64,000 nucleotides of DNA from Actinomycetota bacterium (GTDB lineage: Bacteria > Actinomycetota > Coriobacteriia > Anaerosomatales > SLCP01). The stretch is from contig JBBIIC010000010.1 in NCBI GenBank assembly GCA_037446725.1, positions 1,114 to 65,113 on the forward strand, written 5' to 3'. The notes under the pieces are model-generated. The model worked only from the letters and a program-made list of their open reading frames with translations, was not told the origin of the DNA and made no database searches. Of this stretch, positions 60,343-64,000 are shown in pieces. The translations under genes and the position numbers were made by a program. Each line of letters starts with the position of its first letter. Position 1 is the stretch's first letter.

Positions 60343-61502
60343 GGTGCGCTCACCCCAGTCTCGCCGAGCGCCTCGCGGTACACGGAGACGGTGTCCTCCA
60401 CCATGCGCTCGATGGTGAACGCCGCCCGCGCCCGCTCGAGCGCTCGCGCCCCGAGCCGCTCCCTGAGCGCCTCGTCCTCCACGAGCGTGCGTAGCGCTTC
60501 GCCGAGCGCCCGCGGGTCATCCGGCGGCACAACAAGCCCGGTCTCCTCGTTCTGGTTGACGAAGGGTACGCCGGTGGTGAGGTCGGTCGACACGACGGGC
60601 GTGCCGGCAGCGTGCGCCTCGAGCTGCACGAGCCCGAAGGCCTCGGAGCGCGCTATGCTCGGCAGGCAGAAGACGTCGGCGGCGTGGTACCAGGCCACGA
60701 GCTCGTCGAGCGGCTGGCCGCCGAGGAACGTGATGCGGTCGGCGACCTTCATCTCCGCGGCGAGCTCCTGGAGTGCACGCTCGAGCGGGCCCGAGCCGAT
60801 CATCACGAGGTCGGCGTCGACACCGGCCATCGCGCGCACGAGCACCTCGGCGCCCTTGTAGTAGATCAGGCGGCCGACGAAGAGCACGATCGGCCGGTCG
60901 TGACCGTGGCGAAGCTCCGCTGCGCGTCGCTCGACCGCCGGCGTGGAGGCGAACTTCTCGACATCGATGCCGAACGGCACGACCCGGCACTTGTGGGAGA
61001 CCTCGGCGAGGAACGGCGAGTGCTCGACCATGTTGGGCGAGGACGCGAGAATGAGGTCGACCTCGTGCAGCATGCGCCGCAGGTAAGGCTTGTAGAACTC
61101 CAGCGCGACCTTCTGGCGCACGATGTCCGAGTGGTACGTCACGACGGTGGGCACGCCCGTTCGGGCGCGCAGCCACGAGTACTCGCCCCAGGGATACGGG
61201 AAGTGCAGGTGGAAGAGGTCGGGTTTGCCGCCGTCGGGCGCGAGCTCGCCGCGCGCCTCCGCGCGCAGCCGGGCTGACATCCCCCGGATGATCGGCGTGG
61301 AGCTGTACTCGCGCCAGCGGGGCAGCCGCACGACCTGGACCCCGTTGACGGTCTCCTCGAGCCGCTCGTCGAGGGAGTTGGCGACGATCGCGCGCACGTG
61401 CGTGTCCTCGCGCGCGGCGAGCGCCTCGGCAAGATCGCGCAGGTGGTACTCGATCCCGCCGAGGTGCGGCGGGTAGTACTTGTTGACCATCGTCACGCGC
61501 AC
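60339..61502 (-). CDS. Glycosyltransferase family 4 (GT-B, group 1)
   Basis: 387 aa. MVNKYYPPHLGGIEYH N-terminus and EAFGLVQLEAHAAGTPVV (E-X7-E region). 4-nt overlap with the downstream gene. Confidence 0.88.
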   Translation of the reverse strand: MRVTMVNKYYPPHLGGIEYHLRDLAEALAAREDTHVRAIVANSLDERLEETVNGVQVVRLPRWREYSSTPIIRGMSARLRAEARGELAPDGGKPDLFHLHFPYPWGEYSWLRARTGVPTVVTYHSDIVRQKVALEFYKPYLRRMLHEVDLILASSPNMVEHSPFLAEVSHKCRVVPFGIDVEKFASTPAVERRAAELRHGHDRPIVLFVGRLIYYKGAEVLVRAMAGVDADLVMIGSGPLERALQELAAEMKVADRITFLGGQPLDELVAWYHAADVFCLPSIARSEAFGLVQLEAHAAGTPVVSTDLTTGVPFVNQNEETGLVVPPDDPRALGEALRTLVEDEALRERLGARALERARAAFTIERMVEDTVSVYREALGETGVSAP

Positions 61503-61508
61503 GCGGCG

Positions 61509-62909
61509 TCAGGCCTCCCCGAGCACTATCGCCTTGCCGGCCGCCAGCAGGTCGTCGACCACGCCTGCCGAGGAGGCCTCGGCGTAGACGCGCACGAGCG
61601 GCTCGGTGCCGGAGGGACGCAGGAGCAGCCACGCGTCGTCGGGCAGGAGGAACTTGAGGCCGTCGTCGCGGACGATCTCGCGGACCTCGAGGCCGGCGAT
61701 CTGCTTGGGCTCGAGGGTTGCGGCGCACGTGAGGAACGACGTCTTGGTGTCGGCGTCGACGGCCATGTCGAAGCGCAGGTACTCCATCGGGCCGGTGAGC
61801 TCGAACAGACTCTCGACGAGCTGGCCGAGCGTCTGGCCGCGCTGCGCCATCATCTCGAGCAGGAAGAGCGCCATGAGCAGCCCGTCGCGCTCGCGCACGT
61901 GCGGCGGGAAACCGATGCCGCCCGACTCCTCGCCGCCGACGAGCACGTCGCCTGCGAGCATCTCCTCGTAGATCCACTTGAAGCCGACCGGGGTCGTGGT
62001 GACCGGCATGCCGAGCGCCATACCGAGGCGGTCGACGAGCACCGAGGTGGAGAGCGTCTTGACGATGCGGCCGGCAAGCCCCTTGTCTTCGGCGAGATGG
62101 CGGGCCACGAGGCAGATGATGCGGTGCGGGTTGACGAAAGCGCCGTGTCCGTCGACGGCGCCTATGCGGTCGGCGTCGCCGTCGGTGACGAAGCCGGCAT
62201 CGCGCTCGGCGCAGGTGACGCTGTCGCGCAGCGAGTCGGTGTGGGGCGGGATGGGCTCGGGGTGAAGCCCGCCGAAACAAGGGTTACGCTGGGCGTGGAT
62301 CTCGTGGACGTCCACGCCGAGATCGCGCATGACGTCGGCGAGGTAGCTCTGGCCCGCACCGTAGAGAGAGTCAACGACGACCCGCAGCCCCGCCGAGCGA
62401 ATCGCCTCGGCGTCGACCATCGCGGTGAGGCTCGCGAGGTAGGGCGTCATGAGGTCGGCGGTTTCATATGGGCCGCGACCGGCAGGCGGCTCGTCGAGGA
62501 GCGCCGCCTCGACCTCGTCGGTGAAGGCGACCGGGGAGGCGCCGCCGTCGGCCATGCGGATCTTGAAACCGCTGTAGCGGGCGGGGTTGTGGCTCGCCGT
62601 GATCATGACGCCGCCGACGGCTTGTTCGTCGCGTGCGACCGACCAGCATAGCGCCGGAGTGGGCATGTAGCGGTCCGAGAGGACGGCCTCGAGCCCGTGC
62701 GAGGCGATCACCTCGGCGGCAGCGGCTGCGAACGCACCGGCCTCGAACCGGGTGTCGTAGCCCACGAGGATGCGTCCGCCGGGGTGCTTGGAGGCGAAGA
62801 CGCGGCCGGTCGCGTCAGCGACGCGCCGCAGGGATTCGTACGTGAAGTCCTCGGCGATGACCGCCCTCCACCCGTCGGTGCCGAACTTGATGCGTACGGG
62901 CGCGCTCAT
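61509..62909 (-). CDS. Phosphomannomutase/phosphoglucomutase (alpha-D-phosphohexomutase)
   Basis: 466 aa. FGTDGWRA, TASHNPARYSGFK (active-site Ser), DGDADR, and GGEESGG. GGAGG lies 9 nt upstream. Confidence 0.92.
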   Translation of the reverse strand: MSAPVRIKFGTDGWRAVIAEDFTYESLRRVADATGRVFASKHPGGRILVGYDTRFEAGAFAAAAAEVIASHGLEAVLSDRYMPTPALCWSVARDEQAVGGVMITASHNPARYSGFKIRMADGGASPVAFTDEVEAALLDEPPAGRGPYETADLMTPYLASLTAMVDAEAIRSAGLRVVVDSLYGAGQSYLADVMRDLGVDVHEIHAQRNPCFGGLHPEPIPPHTDSLRDSVTCAERDAGFVTDGDADRIGAVDGHGAFVNPHRIICLVARHLAEDKGLAGRIVKTLSTSVLVDRLGMALGMPVTTTPVGFKWIYEEMLAGDVLVGGEESGGIGFPPHVRERDGLLMALFLLEMMAQRGQTLGQLVESLFELTGPMEYLRFDMAVDADTKTSFLTCAATLEPKQIAGLEVREIVRDDGLKFLLPDDAWLLLRPSGTEPLVRVYAEASSAGVVDDLLAAGKAIVLGEA

Positions 62910-63287
62910 GCCAGATCGCCTCCACTGGTGCCGGGGTGCTGCGGGCGCGGGCGCCGCAGGCTTCAGGTTCCTAGGCGTATTGTGCCCTATACCGCGGGAA
63001 CCGGACTACGCAGTGCCGGCGAGCGCGCAAGAACTCGGGGGTCTACTCTCAGTTCAGGGGATCCGAACGTCGCGATGGGCTGCTGACGCGTCGAAGACGC
63101 CATCTGGTGCCCGCCGACAGCCAGATTCTTCCTGATGGCCGATGAGTATTCGCCTGACGGGCGATACCAGTTCAGCCACCCGGCTGGTATCGTTCGGGAC
63201 ACCTGTAGGGGGGTCCTGCGAACCGGCCGGTCCTGCATTGAGGGCGGCGTCGGACCGGCTGCGGGACACAACACATCGGAGGTCGCC

Positions 63288-64000
63288 ATGCGCGCTTCGA
63301 CCTGGTCGCGTCTACCACAGACGCGGCTGTGCCGTGTACTGTCCGTCATGCTGGCGCTGCTGATCTCGGGCGCCCCGGGCGCGATCGCCGCCGAGCTCGT
63401 CTCGCAGACGGGCGAGATACCCGAGCTCGTCGCAGGCCCGGTACACGGCGCCGTCTACCTCGCACCAGGCGGCTCGGCGACGATCCCGGTCCTCGTCAGC
63501 GCCACCGGGAACATCAACAACGTGCCGTCGTCGAACCCCACGCTCGTCAGAATCCCGACCGCGTACGCCGTGGGCGCCGGCGGATCGGTGTCCTCCACCA
63601 GCCCCAGCGGGCAGCTCGCCTTCTGGCGCGGCTCCCCCGGTAACGCCGTCACGTGGACGGGAGCGCCCACCCCCTACCGCGTACCCGTCTCCGTCCAAGT
63701 CCTCCCTGGAGCCCCGATGGGTACGTACAAGATCCCGATTCCGCCCACGATCGGCGGCAACCTCGGCTCGGGCAGCAATACACTCGTAGACGAGGCCGGT
63801 GACGCGATCACCGTCGTCGTCGGTGACGGAATTGCTCCGACCACGGTCGCGACCCCGAGCGGCACGATCGGCAACAGCGGATGGTACCGGAGCGACGTCA
63901 CCGTGGACCTCGCGGCGACGGACAACCCCGGCGGCACGGGCGTCGACCGCACCGAGTTCAGCCTCGATGCCGGCGGGACCTGGACCACCGGGACCTCGCT
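63288..64000 (+). CDS. Secreted surface protein with Ig-like (OmpL47/chitobiase-C-like) domain (N-terminal 237 aa; continues beyond the right edge)
   Basis: Absent from the ORF track because it has no stop in the window. ATG at 63288 with GGAGG 5 nt upstream. MRASTWSRLPQTRLCRVLSVMLALLISGAPGAIAA signal peptide. Later DGIAPTTVATPSGTIGNSGWYRSDVTVDLAATDNPGGTGVDRTEFSLDAGGTW. Confidence 0.7.
   Translation, partial: MRASTWSRLPQTRLCRVLSVMLALLISGAPGAIAAELVSQTGEIPELVAGPVHGAVYLAPGGSATIPVLVSATGNINNVPSSNPTLVRIPTAYAVGAGGSVSSTSPSGQLAFWRGSPGNAVTWTGAPTPYRVPVSVQVLPGAPMGTYKIPIPPTIGGNLGSGSNTLVDEAGDAITVVVGDGIAPTTVATPSGTIGNSGWYRSDVTVDLAATDNPGGTGVDRTEFSLDAGGTWTTGTS

Noticed and set aside
60517-62280. 587-aa minus-strand ORF
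   Set aside because: It is an alternative frame on the same strand as the GT4 and phosphomannomutase genes. It is extremely Arg/Pro/Ala/Gly-rich with no motifs, while the other frame has TASHNPARYSGFK, DGDADR and GT4 signatures.
1-64000. CRISPR arrays, rRNA genes, insertion sequences, prophage or toxin-antitoxin modules
   Set aside because: I scanned the ORF translations and the intergenic DNA. I found no regularly spaced repeats, no transposase, integrase or phage-like proteins, and no rRNA-like stretches. The only repeats found are the short regulatory-type repeats and hairpins reported above.

Overview
This is a 64-kb window of a high-GC bacterial chromosome. Hand-counted 60-nt lines range from about 48% GC in a few intergenic or atypical stretches to about 82% in typical coding DNA. 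I call about 62 protein genes and one tRNA-Thr. I saw no rRNA, CRISPR array, transposase or integrase. About 55 genes lie on the minus strand, tightly packed, with many 1-nt (TGATG) and 4-nt (ATGA/GTGA) stop/start overlaps. The few plus-strand genes look accessory. Backbone order (argS-lysA-hom-thrB...rho, and topA...tmk-holB-PSP1-tRNA-Thr) matches what I know from Actinomycetota. Gene content suggests an anaerobe: two-subunit class I fumarase, Rex, RseC, HypAB and multihaem cytochromes. Many very long ORFs in the track are antisense or alternative-frame artefacts of the high GC, and I trimmed several N-termini. The main points of interest are listed here. (1) A rex / TPR / NHL-propeller / 15-haem exported cytochrome with surface Ig-like domains / 12-haem NapC-NirT-like membrane cytochrome cluster. 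It has a perfect TGTGA-N6-TCACA operator candidate and is a candidate extracellular electron-transfer module. (2) A cobalamin-type radical SAM gene translationally coupled to ubiE/menG lies right beside that cluster. (3) A metallophosphoesterase / cyclic-2,3-diphosphoglycerate synthetase / 2-phosphoglycerate kinase cassette (an archaeal thermoprotectant pathway) is inserted between thrB and rho. (4) A plus-strand envelope operon is inserted between lysA and hom. It begins with a lower-GC secreted C39-like peptidase gene and is preceded by 11-bp-phased GGTCAGAG direct repeats. (5) An 11-gene nuo operon lacks nuoEFG and has a palindromic operator-like site in its promoter. (6) The topA gene has a Topo III/archaeal-like active-site signature. 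(7) A glycan cluster carries an O-antigen-ligase/TPR fusion next to surface-protein genes. All functional calls rest on my reading of the translated sequences. No database search was run.
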